Source: Octopus sinensis
Taxonomy: Eukaryota
Length of the DNA: 64,000 nucleotides
Reading direction: 5' to 3'
Assembly (NCBI RefSeq): GCF_006345805.1
Contig: NC_042998.1
Location: forward strand, 161,448,001 to 161,512,000
A program made the translations under genes and the position numbers. Positions 10,381 to 22,912 of the stretch are shown here, piece by piece. The notes under the pieces were generated by a model, which was not told the DNA's origin, ran no database searches, and worked only from the letters and a program-made list of their open reading frames with translations. Positions within the stretch are counted from its first letter, which is position 1; every line of letters begins with the position of its first letter.

Positions 10381-12051
10381 ATCATCATGATGATCATCAT
10401 CATCGTTTAACGTCCGTTTTCCGCGCTAGCACGGGTTGGACGGTTCGACCGGGGTCTGGGAAGCCAGGGGCCGTTCCAGGCTCCAGTCTGATCTGGCAGA
10501 GTTTCTACGGCTGGATGCCCTTCCTAACGCCAACCACTCCGTGAGTGGATTGGGTGCTTTTTACGTGCCACCTGCACAGGGGCCGGGGGGTCCGGCATCG
10601 GTCACGATCGGTTCGAGCTTTTAACGTGCCAGCGGCACAGGGGCAACGGGGTCCGGGGTACTTTGGGGATCCGGGGTACTTTGAATGGGTAGGGGGTATG
10701 TGGAATTGCTGCAGAAAGCAGCCTGGGTCTTTGCAGTCACAGCATATCTCCAGAGATCTCGGTCCTTCGCCATTGCCTCAGTGAGGCCCAATGCTCTGAG
10801 GTCATGCTTGACTACCTCATCCCATGTCTTCCTGGGTCTACCTCTCCTCCTGATACCTTCAACTGTTTGGGAGTGGCACTTCTTCACACATCTCTCTTCA
10901 TCCATCCGCAGCACATGACCATACCATCGCAAGCGTCGCTCTTGCACACCACATCTGATGCTTCTTATATCCAGCATTTCTCTCAGGATGCTTACACTCT
11001 GTCTTGCGTGCACACTGACACTACACATCCAGCGGATCATGCTAGCTTCATTTCTTTCAAGTCTACGCATGTCCTCTGCAGTTACAGCCCATGTTTCATT
11101 ACCGTGAAGCATGGCAGTTCGCACACATGCATCATACAATCTACTTTTCGCTCTGAGGGAGAGACCTTTTGTTGCCAGTAGGGGTAGGAGCTTTCTGAAC
11201 TTTGCCCAGGCTATTCGTATTCTAGTGGTGATACTCTCTGTGCATCCACCTCCGCTACTAACTTGGTCACTCAGGTAGCGGAAACTATCAACTACTTCTA
11301 GTTTCTCTCCCTGGAGTGTGATGGAATCTGTTTTCTGAGTGTCTGTTGTGTCTATTGTCCCTGTGCATCTGCTGCACATGAAAGCTATCTTATCTGTTAA
11401 TTTCCCTTTAATGTTGCTGCACCTCTTATGTGTCCATAACTTACATTGGGTGCATCTTATGGAGTTTCTACCTGTACCTTTCCTACAGATTGAGCAGGGC
11501 CACCTACCTGAGGGGGTGTGTGCTGAGTACCTCTTGCTGCTTACTAATACTTTGGTCTTTGCTACATTTATTCTAAGGCCCTTTGATTCCAACCCTTGCT
11601 TCCACACCCGAAATTTCTCTTCTAGTTCCGGTAGTGATTCTGCTATGAGAGCTAGGTCATCGGCATAGAGGAGCTCCCAGGGGCATCCCGTTTTGAATTC
11701 CTCTGTTATTGCCTGAAGGACTATGATGAATAAAAGGGGACTGAGGGCTGCGCCCTGGTGCACACCTACTTCTACCGGAATTCTTCACTATATTCGTTGC
11801 CAATCCTAACCTTGCTGACAGCCTCTCTGTATAGAGCCTGTACAGCCCTTATTAGCCATTCTTCAATCTCCAGTTTCCACATCGACCACCAGATAAGGAA
11901 CGGGGAACCCTGTCAAAGGCTTTCTCCAAGTCTACAAAAGCTATGTAGAGGGGTTTATCTTTAGTTAGGTACTTCTCCTGCAGTTGTCGGACCAGGAATA
12001 TAGCATCAGTGGTGCTTCTACCTGGTACAAAACCGAACTGCATTTCATCAA
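10381..12051 (-). mobile_element. 5'-truncated RTE-clade LINE with 3' UTR and (ATG)n tail
   Basis: RT motifs QFGFVPGRSTTDAIF, FVDLEKAFDRV, HQGAALSPLLF, LLYADD, RRLRWYGHV, RGRPRKTW; frameshift near 11890. Confidence 0.95.
10621..11763 (-). CDS. RTE reverse transcriptase, C-terminal 380 aa, with PHD-like C4HC3 insertion; part of a truncated copy
   Basis: ORF track; YADD catalytic motif; CSIC-CTQC-HKRC-CSRC at 11365-11496. Confidence 0.9.
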   Translation of the reverse strand: MHQGAALSPLLFIIVLQAITEEFKTGCPWELLYADDLALIAESLPELEEKFRVWKQGLESKGLRINVAKTKVLVSSKRYSAHTPSGRWPCSICRKGTGRNSIRCTQCKLWTHKRCSNIKGKLTDKIAFMCSRCTGTIDTTDTQKTDSITLQGEKLEVVDSFRYLSDQVSSGGGCTESITTRIRIAWAKFRKLLPLLATKGLSLRAKSRLYDACVRTAMLHGNETWAVTAEDMRRLERNEASMIRWMCSVSVHARQSVSILREMLDIRSIRCGVQERRLRWYGHVLRMDEERCVKKCHSQTVEGIRRRGRPRKTWDEVVKHDLRALGLTEAMAKDRDLWRYAVTAKTQAAFCSNSTYPLPIQSTPDPQSTPDPVAPVPLAR

Positions 12052-12283
12052 GGCAGCAAGCTGGCAGAAAGACAGCAATCTGGCACAACAATCATTACTA
12101 TGCTAGGCAAAAAAGCTTAATAGCATTTTGTTCATCTTTACATTCTGGGTTCAAATGCTGCTGGGGTTGACTTTGCCGTTCGGGATCTGTAAAATAAGTA
12201 CCAGTTGACCACTGGGATCAATGTAAATGACCAGACTCCTCCACACCCGAACTTGCTGGCCTTGTGCCAAAATTTGAAACCAA
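12052..12283 (+). mobile_element. SINE family B (tRNA head, Meta/MESC-like core)
   Basis: GGCAGCAAGCTGGCAGAA head, GGGTTCAAAT B box, GACTTTGCC...TAAAATAAGTACCAG core. Confidence 0.75.
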
Positions 12284-12383
12284 TCTGTGCATGTATGTAT
12301 GTGTGTGTGTGCATGTGGGCATGGGTGTGAGTGTGTGTGTGTGTACATGTATGTATATGTGTATTTAGTTATTTACTTATATA

Positions 12384-12620
12384 CAGTAATCCCTTGACAA
12401 TCATGGGTGTTATGTTCCAAAACCCACTGCGGTTGGTGAAAATCTGCAAAGCAGAAACAGTATCATACAGTATATTTAAAAAAAATATTTTTATAATTTG
12501 TGTATACTTATTTTATTATAAATGTAAAACAACACCACGGAGGAAATGACGTAAGCTTAAATAATAAACCGCGATAGGTGAACCGCGATAAGTGAACCGC
12601 GATATGGCAGGGGATTACTG
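12384..12620. mobile_element. pogo/Tigger-like MITE
   Basis: TA|CAGTAATCCC...GGGATTACTG|TA; subterminal GAACCGCGATA repeats. Confidence 0.8.
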
Positions 12621-12901
12621 TATGTATATATATGTATATGTGCATACATAAAAATACATAAACACACACACTTGCATACGCACACACATAAACACACACG
12701 CATAAATGAATACACACAGAGGATGTGATGGGTAGTTGAGGACACTTAATTATCAGTATATTACTTTCTTGAAATTGATTAAAAAGTTTTCATATCCTTT
12801 AGATTTTCTATGCCATATAAAATTCTATAAAATTCTATACAAGCATGCAATCATTGTTGCCATATGTGTGGAACACAGAGATTTAGAAATAGCCTACTGA
12901 A

Positions 12902-13134
12902 GGCAGCAAGCTGGCAGAAATGTTAGCATGCTGGGTGAAATGCTTAGCGGTACTTTGTCTGCCGTTACATTCTGAGTTCAAATTTCGCCAAGGTCAACTT
13001 TGCCTTTAATCCTTTTGAGGTCGATAAATTATGTACCAGTTATGCACTGGGGTCGATGTAATTGACTCAATTCCTTTGTCTGTTCTTGTTTGTCCCCTAT
13101 ATGGTTAGCCCCCTGTGGGCAAAAGAGAAAAAGT
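12902..13134 (+). mobile_element. SINE family B with 12-bp target site duplication
   Basis: AAATAGCCTACT at 12887-12898 and 13135-13146. Confidence 0.85.
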
Positions 13135-13541
13135 AAATAGCCTACTTTCTAAATTTTACAAGGTCTTTTGTAGACAATTTTCAGATAGAATTGGAAGGAA
13201 CGGACAGGACTGCTTCAAGTACATCAAACTGAAAACCACATTTTAAACGTTTGGACACTATAATGACATTGTAATTCATCCAACTAGTTCAAAGTATCAC
13301 TGATGGTGAACCCACCACAAAGAACTTCAGATGTTGGAGTGGATGACTAGAATGCATTTCTTTTACAATCAGTCAGCAAACACTTGGGAAGATGAGGGGA
13401 TGAATGAGCTAACACTAACAAATACTTGCACACTCAAATTCACATGCACACACACACACACGCACACATACACACACTCACACACACATGCATACACAGA
13501 CAAATGAACTAACAAACACTTGCATACTCAAACACACATGT

Positions 13542-13573
<32 letters not shown>

Positions 13574-13717
13574 ACAACAAACTTCTTCAGTGTCCATCTA
13601 CCAGTTTTACTCACAAGGTACTGGTTAACCCAAATTATAGCAAGGGACAATAAACCACATCTATGCTGTGGGATCAAACCCAGCAAACATTTTCTCTTAT
13701 TATTCTTAAAGTTGGTA

Positions 13718-14165
13718 AGGCAGCATGCGAGCAGAATCATCAATGCATTCAACAAAACACTTAACAACATTTCTTTCACCTCTGTGTTCTGAGTTCAAAT
13801 TCTGCCAGAGCTGTCTTTGCCTTTCATCCTTTGTGGTTTCATGAAATAACTATCAATTGAGGATTGGGGTCAATGTAATCTACTTAACTCTCCTCTAAAA
13901 TCGTTGGTCTTATGCTAAAATTTGAAGCCATTATTCCTGAGGGTGACTCCTTAACTCACAAATCTGTCATCGCATATTTATATGATATGAGCTGGCAGAA
14001 TTGTTATTCCATGCTTGTTCATCTTTACTTTCTGCCATCAAGGCTGACTTTGTCTTTCATCCTTTCAGAGTTAATAAAATAAATACCAGTTGAGCATTAG
14101 GTTCAATGTAATGGACTTCCCCTCTTCCTTGAAATTACTGGCCTTGTGCCAAAATTTGAAATGGT
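13718..14165 (+). mobile_element. Two adjacent degenerate SINE family B copies
   Basis: CTTTGCCTTTCATCCTTT core and GCCTTGTGCCAAAATTTGAA-like tail each occur twice. Confidence 0.7.
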
Positions 14166-16599
14166 TAATACATGAAGCAAAAAGCAGAAAACTGGATCTT
14201 GCAGCTTCTAAGAAAGTATTGCTTTTGCCAATGAAGCACACGGCACTCAATAAATTGACTTGCATCACCGATTTATGGTTGTGAACATGTATCATATGTA
14301 AGTTACATTCATCTTAAACCATGAAATGCCAATGTTGTGCATTTATTAAAAACAAAAATAATAATAATAATCCATGTATATAAATTCCAACATGTTTAAT
14401 AACATGGAGTGTGCATCGGGACATAGAATGTCTGACTGAATCCTTACAAGTTTCATCACAACTGGAAACTATTATAAGTGCCTGAATGTTATTTTAGTAT
14501 GCAAATATGTGAAGTCTGTTACTTCTCTTATCATGATTGTTATATATATATTTTTTACTAATATTCCTATAAAGATGCTCCACTTTAAGTCTGAGGAATT
14601 TAATGGTAAAATAAATAAATAAATCACTTAATTAATTGCAAAATAAACTTTGGTACTAAATATTAAGGAAAAGGAATGTGGATATTTTTTTTTTTTATCA
14701 GCTATCTCAAAATATTACTGCAATTTAATGAATACTGGGCTTTTGAATCATATTGGAATTGAAACTTGTTACTACTTCAAAGAATTACCTTCCTGTGTAT
14801 GTTGAAGTTGTAACAGACATAAATGCATTGATATCTGCTTGAACGAATAAACACATGCAAACACACACACACATATAGATGCATTAGTATACTGTAACAC
14901 GTGTAGACAAGCAGCAGTACACATTCACATGCACACAGAGTTAAACCAATGTACTACCACACTTTTAATTTACATCATTAGCCCACCCACTCACCCCACT
15001 CAACCTGTATCTTTTGAAATTCTATTAACTGTTTACTAGGAAGCTTCTGATACCCTTGCATCATTTTAAGAAAAGATATACACAACACATGCACTCTTTT
15101 ACGTGTAGGAATAGAGAAAATTTCATCTACCTGTCCTGCTACATCTGGAGATTCTAGGAACATTGAAATATATCTCCTCTTTAGCAAGACACCTTTTCTT
15201 GTCCCTCTATCATACTTTTATCTCCTTCAAAAGCTCTCAGGTGAGAGCTTTTGTATAATAAGTAATTGGTCATCTTGATAGTGCCAGTATTCTGAAAAAG
15301 TATCCAGTACACTCGGTAGATTGGTTGGGATTAGAAAGTACAACCAGCTGTAGAAACCATGCCAAGCAGACACTGTAGCTTGGCACCGTCTTTGGGCTGG
15401 TCAGGTCCAGCTAGACAGTCCAACATCAAATAACCATTAAACAATGATGATAATGATATTAATGATAATGCTGCTGTTGCTGCTGCTGCTGGTGATGATA
15501 TATATATATATGTATGTATATATGTACTTAGAGAATATGTAATATTATTTGTCTCTTGTATGGACGTTCTACTGAATTTTAAACAAAACATGTTGATGTG
15601 TGTGTGCGTACATGTATATATATACATATATATATATGTGTGTGTGTGTGTATGTATATATGTATACATGCACATACATATACATGTGGGTGTATATGTG
15701 TGCGTATGCACGATTGTTTGTGTATGTGTATGAGTGTCCATGTGTTTAGTAAAGAAATCTACCTTTAGGTAATCATATAAAGATACATGTCCACATATTT
15801 ATATTCTAAATTTCCCATGATATTTCTGTATAAAGTATCCATTTCTTTCTGTCATTGTTATGTTAAACTATAAACATGAACTGCTCACATCTTGGTATTC
15901 TAGACATGTTTTTTCACTAAAGCTGTCTCGCTTTAAAAACACTCCGGCATTTTTTTTATTTTTAATATTTTATTTGTATATCTTTTTTTTATTACAGTAG
16001 CTGGTTATATCTGTTTTGATGTAATCTTTTTCAGAATCTATTATTTTTGTTTTTTATTCTTGCATAATTAGCGATATTTTGTTGTTTCAAAGACTCTGTA
16101 TTGTTTCAGTTTCAAGATTCTTCAGATTCATTGACTGTTGAGATATGACGAAAAAGTATATAAATAAATAAATAAAGCAACAATAATAAAGAAAAAATAA
16201 ATATAAATATAAAATATGTAAATAAAGTACAATAAAATATATAAATAAGTAACTAAATGTAGAAAAAGTTTTCCTATTTTTATTGGTTTCCATAGACATT
16301 GACAGCTTAGATTCTTTCTAATTTGTTCCATATGATGAGGATTCTTAACAAGTTACAGAAATCACAGTAGGAAAAACAATAAATTTAACTATTCCTTTAA
16401 AGGAAATAAGGCCTGCCCGTGTAGTGAAGAAGTTCATATTGTAGCTTTGAGGTTCTAAGTTTAATCCTATGGTGTGGTGTTTGAATAAATGTTTTTCATA
16501 AGCTGACCAAGAAAATAAAGCCTCTTTCCAAGTCATATTGACTCATAGAGCCAGTTCCTGGTTTCTGTGACATCAGCCAAGAAATCCTAGTCTTGCAAG

Positions 16600-16970
16600 C
16601 TCATGGGTGCTGGTGCCTTGTAAAAGTATATGTGCTCGTGCTATGTAAAAGCATCTGTGACAGTGCATTGTAAAAGCATTCATGCTGGTACCAGTGCCAT
16701 GTAAAAGCATTCATGCTGGTACCAGTGCCATGTAAAAGCATCTGTGCTAGTGCCAAGAAAAAGTGCCCATGCTGGTGCCATGGAAAAACACCTGTGTCAC
16801 ATAAAAGCACCCAGTACAATCTGTGAAGTGGTTGGCATTAGGAAGGGCATCCAGCCATAGAAATCATGCTACAACAGACAACTGGAGCCCAGGCAGCACT
16901 CCACCTGACCAACTCCTGTCAAACCATCCAACCTAATCCAGCATGGAGAACGGATGTTAAAAGATGATGG
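16600..16970 (+). mobile_element. RTE 3' UTR fragment with tandemly amplified GTGCCATGTAAAAGCA motif
   Basis: About 8 degenerate 21-30 bp units followed by the standard RTE tail. Confidence 0.75.
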
Positions 16971-17869
16971 CGATATATTCCCCACATTGATGGGACACTG
17001 GTGCACCACAAAAATACTTATTTTTGTCAGCTGAATGGACAAGAAAATAAAGCCTCTTTCCAAGTCATTTCAGTCTTTTTTTTTTTTTGTTAAGTTTACA
17101 TAGGACTGAGGTAACTCCTCCAGAAGTTATAGAGAAATAAACAGAAGAGTGTTATGGTTGTCATGCGAAATTAGTTGAATGATATTTTGGCATTTAGCAT
17201 GCCAAAATGAAAGGTTTTACTCAAGAACACAGTACTTTACCCAGTCCAGAAACTGAAACCACAACCTTACGATCAAGAGTCCAATGCCCTAACCACTAAG
17301 CCATGTGCTTTCATGCTGACCAATAGCATGGAGGTGAAACATTATAGATGAAAACTGTGCAGAGGCCTTTTCTAAATGAGTGAGTGTATATGCATCAGGG
17401 ACATGCCACTTAGGCAGGCAAAGTAGGCCTACCTTGAATAAAATAGATCAGTGGCAACATTTTCCTTATATGGCAAAATATGCACCTAATTCAATAAAAG
17501 GTTACTCTGATTACTATGCATAAAATGCAAAATAAATTCTTTTGTAGATTAGGTATGCATAATTTGCCCCTGTCTTTCAATCTCAGTATTAAAACTATGC
17601 ATAGTACTACTGTAGTACACGTGCTGTGTACATTCCTACAACAATGTGTTCTTTATGTGTTAAAGCAGAAATAAATTTGCCTTCAACTCAGTCATGCATC
17701 TGTATTTCACTTATTTTTTTGTGTGTTTTACTGCATAAAGTTCACCAACTGCTTATCCTGAGTAATTATTGATGGCACGTGCCTGATATGTGTGTATATA
17801 GTGGATTATCCTGTTAAAATGAGGGTTTAACAGCCAATATTAGGACCATTAAGCTACTCACACAGAGGA

Positions 17870-18620
17870 TTTATTTTCTGTGGTAAAGGCTTGTGTATGA
17901 CTAACCACACTTCTGATAACAGAAAGTTGATGCAAATGTTTGCCATAGAATCATTGAGTTCTCTGTCTCCTCAGTTAGTTGCCTTAGAGACCAAGTTATC
18001 TCGCTAAGCTAAATGTATACCTGGGTACCAAACCAGAAATGTCTAAGTCCTCATGCATATACAACACATATCAGATCTGCAGCTTTTATGTTCACATCCC
18101 TTTGAGAGTGTGTCTGAAAGAAGCCCAACATCTCCCTCAGGACCAAGATCCATCTTTTCCACACACTGGTCCTGTTTGTCCTCCTCTATGGTGCTGAAAC
18201 CTGAACCATCCTCGAGTGGGACCTAAACAAGCTTGGGGTGTTCTAAATGAGGTGCTATCACCACATCCTTGGTGTCTCTCTATGCAACCGAATCTCAAAC
18301 AACAATATCTGAGAACAGTGCCAGTAGTAGCTGACCATTGAAGGCCAAGTTCGGCAGTGCAGGCAACAGTGGTTTGGCTACATCAGCAGGATGAGCACTG
18401 GAAGACTACCACACCAACATTTGTGGCAGCAGTGACTGGAAAATCCAGCACAGAGAACTAAAGAGAACATAGGCAAAACAGATTGAGGAAGACCTGAAGC
18501 TGCAGAGCCTCATTCTTAAGCATGCTAAAGCCAGCACCATGGATTAGAAAGCATGGAATAACATCATCAATGCCTGTCATCCAACAGCACCACAGCAGCA
18601 TTTTAGTTGAAAGGACAGCC
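17870..18620 (+). mobile_element. Old RTE-like LINE RT relic (different family)
   Basis: ISLRTKIHLFHTLVLFVLLYGAET*T...MRCYHHILGVS...RISN and ...QWFGYISRM, with many stops. Confidence 0.75.
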
Positions 18621-18959
18621 TCTCCCTCTGGTCACCAGCTAGAGATTTTATTTTCTTTACTTTTTACATACTTATATATCACATAACTGTATGACCATTG
18701 ATTCTCCTGAGTTCATTGGCCCCTTAATGCATGTTGTTTTTATTGTTGTATGATGTCCAAAGTCCACTTTCCTCATTAAGCAGGCTTGGTGGTACCATTG
18801 GTTTAGTTACCAACAGCCCCAACATGCAACAGATTGCTCTTGGTTAAATGACATATTACCAGTAGCACTCAAGAGAGATCTGATACATGTGTTGTACATA
18901 AGTGTGTGTGTGCATGTGTCCACATGTATGATAAAAATGGACAAATGGGTTATCTGATA

Positions 18960-19060
18960 TTGCTACAATTGCTTCATTAAGAGTTTTTATTGTGACATTA
19001 GTAATAGTACAATTAGTTAGATTGTGTAATATGTTATGTAACTCCCAACTCATCAGGCTA
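18960..19060 (-). ncRNA. Decayed type I hammerhead ribozyme
   Basis: TAGC-CTGATGA-GTTGGGAGTT...AACTCTTAAT-GAAGC-AATT-GTA-GCAA; 10-bp stem II with G.U pairs; one core substitution. Confidence 0.6.
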
Positions 19061-19422
19061 CAAATATACATGCATATCTATTTATGTATTCCTGGGAATA
19101 ATGATGCTAAATAGTTAAGAAGTTTGCTTCACAATTACAAGAGTTTCGACTTGATTCCACTATGTTGCATTTGGAGCAATTATCATTTACTGTAGCCTCA
19201 AATCAATTCATGTCTTGCAAGAGAAACAGGATTGAAAGTAATTGTATGGAAGCTTGTCAGAGAGATTGCACCTGGGATTTAGAAATCCACCCTTGTATCA
19301 CACTGTATCAAACTGATTTTGCATAAGGAATACATTAACCCTACACATATTTGAGGAATATCCATCCATTTGCATGCTAAGGCATAAGCATGTATGTGTG
19401 TGTGTGTATATATATATATATA

Positions 19423-19670
19423 TCATCATCATCATCATTGTTTAGCATCCACTTTCCATGCTAGCATGGGTTGGACGATTTGACTGAGGACTGGCAAACC
19501 AGATGGCTGCACCAGGCTCCAATCTGATCTGGCAGAGTTTCTACAGCTGGATGCCATTCCTAATGCCAACCACTCCGAGAGTGTAGTGGGTGCTTTTACG
19601 TGCCACTGGCATGGAAGCCAGCTTGCTACTCTGGCAACAATCACGCTCGGATGGTGCTAGCAAGGATGCC
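19423..19670 (-). mobile_element. RTE LINE 3' end fragment
   Basis: Matches the 3' UTR at 10381-10620. Confidence 0.85.
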
Positions 19671-19671
19671 A

Positions 19672-19707
<36 letters not shown>

Positions 19708-19711
<4 letters not shown>

Positions 19712-20077
19712 ATTTGCAAATGTACAATTATTTTCCTTCTGTTGTGTAGCCGAAAGGCGTTCTGTTGTACGTCTATAATTCTAGCTTTCTTGTTTCTGTT
19801 TCCATTCTTGTTTGCATTCTTGTATACATTCATTTGCCTTTCCCTGAAGCCTAATGATTTTTGCTTAAGTCCCTGACACTTGCTGGATTTGAGCAGTCAT
19901 AGGGATAAAGGAGTGTGAAACTGCAATGACTTTCCGGACACTGACTGAAGAGAAAATTGACTGCACATGATCCTTGTATCTTGTTATTGTCCTGTTTGCC
20001 ATTTGTTATGTTATCGCCTATTTTTCCACCTGTTGTGTTTTGTTGATTTCCGCTTGTTGTGTTCTTTCCTTCCTACC

Positions 20078-20080
<3 letters not shown>
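19708..20080 (+). mobile_element. Unclassified TA-inserted non-coding repeat, distantly related to 44575-44860
   Basis: Shared ordered motifs GTATACATTCATT..., GATTtGAGCA..., TGACTGAAGA...; (TA)n on both sides. Confidence 0.5.
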
Positions 20081-20114
<34 letters not shown>

Positions 20115-20207
20115 TGTTCGTTTCTACGTGAAGTTTTATAGAAGAACAGATTAACATTAAACCAAAACTACCACTCAATACATTTTAGTTTTACAAGTAA
20201 AAGGTTG

Positions 20208-20251
20208 ACAGTAACTTCAAAGTTTCAGCTAACTCACCTTCATCAGGCTGT
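20208..20251 (-). ncRNA. Decayed minimal hammerhead ribozyme with a short inverted partner
   Basis: ACAGC-CTGATGA-AGGT GAGTT AGCT-GAAAC-TTTGAA-GTT-ACTGT; inverted copy AAGTCACTGTCAAC at 20273-20286 keeps GTC. Confidence 0.55.
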
Positions 20252-21056
20252 ACGATGTAAGCAAGTAAGCCAAAGTCACTGTCAACATTATCCTTGTGAA
20301 AGCCACACTATATACATATGTACATACACTCACACACGCACATGCACACACATGCATACATACATACATACATATATACATATATGTGTGTGTGTATATA
20401 TATATATAATAAGAAAATTGAGGAAGGGAATTTTGATTATCTATCCCACCCCCACGATGAGTTGTAATGCAAGATATATATACATATACACACATACACA
20501 TATATACACACATACACACACATATACATTTACATATATGTATCTGCTCTGGATCTAAATAACTACCTGTGTATATATGTATGTACGTTTAATGTATTTT
20601 GAAGCAGGCCTGCATATATACACTAGGTAATTTTAGTAAAACCAAAACTACATATGTAAACATATCATGTCTTGTGAATAGGTATCTTAATATATAACTG
20701 TATACATATATTCTTTACATATATACAAAGGTATTGAAATATTGATATAAATACATTTATATCAATTCTAGATATTAAATTTATTTTGATATTAATTAAA
20801 CCTTTTTCTTCGCCAAAAATTTGATATAATGATAACTACTTTATTCCAATTCTTTTTTGAGATATTATTTCTGATTAATATATGGATTTCTTTTATCATC
20901 TGATGGTCTTATGTAAATCAATGAAGTTTATATTTCACTATGAATACATTTCAACTAAATAAGCAAACTATTAAAAAACTCTATTATCTCTTACATTAGT
21001 TCAAATCAGTCGTGAATATTGTCTAGAAAACCAGGTATTAGATATGTTTTCTTTAA

Positions 21057-21275
21057 CCTTCTAGCATTTAAACCTGCTGTATCTGGCTCAAATATTCTGC
21101 ATATTTTATATATAAACCGGCAAGACCCAGCTTCTCACAACTACATACAATGTTATTCTTAAAGTAAACAATCACATCATCGAAATCTCAAATCTATGAG
21201 ATAATGCATGATTAATTCAAAGCAATGTGAATAAATAAGCAATACATTTGACAAAGAAATCTGAATATTAAAGGG
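21057..21275. mobile_element. piggyBac-like MITE
   Basis: TTAA|CCTTCTAGCATT...AATATTAAAGGG|TTAA; related copies at ~37941-38160, ~57153-57580 and ~58268-58330. Confidence 0.7.
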
Positions 21276-21799
21276 TTAAAGTGTGTTAGAGCTATATTTA
21301 CCAAGTTCAATTGTATTTATGATAAGAGTTATATCTGAATATGAAATGTTTACAAATCATTTTTAAAAAGAAAAGTGATAAGATGTCAAATAGTTTGATA
21401 TAATTAAGGTAACTAATTGGCAGGGTTGTTAGAGGGTTGGGTAGAATGTTTTATGGTATTTCTTCCAACTCACTGAATTCAAATCCCACCAGAAATAGCT
21501 TTACTTTCATCCTTCCTTAGTTGCTTAAACCTTTTTCTCCCTATGGTGCATAGACCATCGATGACATTTCTCCACTGTTCTTCACTTTAAGCCATCTTTT
21601 CTGCTTTTCTCTAGTTGGATCCCTGTTCTGCTTCAGTATTTTAGGGTATCTCCTCTTCCTTTGTGGGTAGATGTTTTTGAATTGTCATCAATGCTTCTGT
21701 AACTCTGCTTTTTCCTAGGTAGAAGTGTTGGCCCTATGCAAGCCCAGTTTTACCTCTGGAAAGGGGCGGTCCATATTGATGTGGTAAAGTAAAAAATAG

Positions 21800-22048
21800 A
21801 GGTAAAGTTTCCTTCTCAATTTATACCAACTCATAAGGGCTGGTTTTCCAGTTTCCATAGCATATTTATATTCCACCCCTGGATGGGACGCTGGTCCATC
21901 ACAGGGTTACTCACTTTTGCCAGCTGAGAGGACTGGAGCAATGTGAAATGAAATGTTTTGCTCAAGAACACAATACATTGCCTGGTCCAGGAATCAAAGC
22001 CACAATCTTATGATCACAAGTCCAACACCCTAAACAATTAAACCATGT
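21800..22048 (-). mobile_element. tRNA-derived SINE family C (V-domain-like)
   Basis: tRNA-like head then TGTGTTCTTGAGCAAAACA and GTAACCCTGTGATGGACCAGCGTCCCATCCAGGGG; related heads at ~17205-17315, 31872-32182 and 42458-42735. Confidence 0.6.
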
Positions 22049-22502
22049 AACTCCACTTATTGATGTGGTCTCTAACCATTGATTTGTCCTGTATGGGAGC
22101 TTGTGCTCTGTTGCCATAGCTCTCAGGAACATTGTGGCACATAGGCCACTGCGTTGCAGCAAGAAGTGGACCTTGTGGTGGGGTCATTCTTTAAGGATCA
22201 ATAAAATAAAAGTACCAGTCCAGGGAAATAAATTAACAGAACTGTTAGAAGGTCAGGCAAGATGCATTACAATATTTTTTTTCAGTCTTTGTGTTCTCAC
22301 AGCAATACCTTTGATAACACTGATGCCAACTGTGAAAGGTATGAATCAGTAATCTTTTCCTTTGATAAACATCAGTATCATGGATCAGGAATACTTATAA
22401 ACATGAGTATCTGCCAGTCTTCCTTAAAAAATGTTACCCAGGCTTGTATATATATGTGCAGGTGCCTGGTCAGACTCAATTAATTTGAGGTCTTATCTAA
22501 TA

Positions 22503-22912
22503 GACATGGTTGTGTGGTTAAGAGGCTCTCTTTGCAACCACATGATTTCAGGTTCAGTCCTGCTGTGTGGCATCATGGACAAGTGTCTTCTACTATAGCT
22601 CCAAGCCAACTAATGGAGAGAATTGGATACATAGAAACTGTAAGGAAACCTGTCCAATGAAAGTTAGCAAGCTGAAACTTCGAAGTTACTATTACCACTC
22701 TTGTAAAAAAATATATGTATGCATATGTGTGTGTGTCTGTGTTTGTTGCCCACTATTGCTCGAACTGGTTTTGGCATATTTACATCTCTGTTACTTAGCA
22801 GTTTAGCAAAAGAAACTAATAGAATGAGTACCAGACTGGGGTTGATTTATTTAACTAAACTCCTCCAAGGCAGTGTTCCAGCATGGCCACAGCTCAGCGA
22901 CTGAAATGATAA
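22503..22912 (+). mobile_element. SINE family A, degenerate
   Basis: Head TGGTTGTGTGGTTAAG..GGTTCAGTCC and tail CCAGCATGGCCACAG. Confidence 0.75.

Noticed and set aside
16600-16812. Repeat-spacer-like array (CRISPR-like appearance)
   Set aside because: Units are degenerate, spacers are short and mutually related, there are no cas genes, and the context is a eukaryotic RTE UTR.
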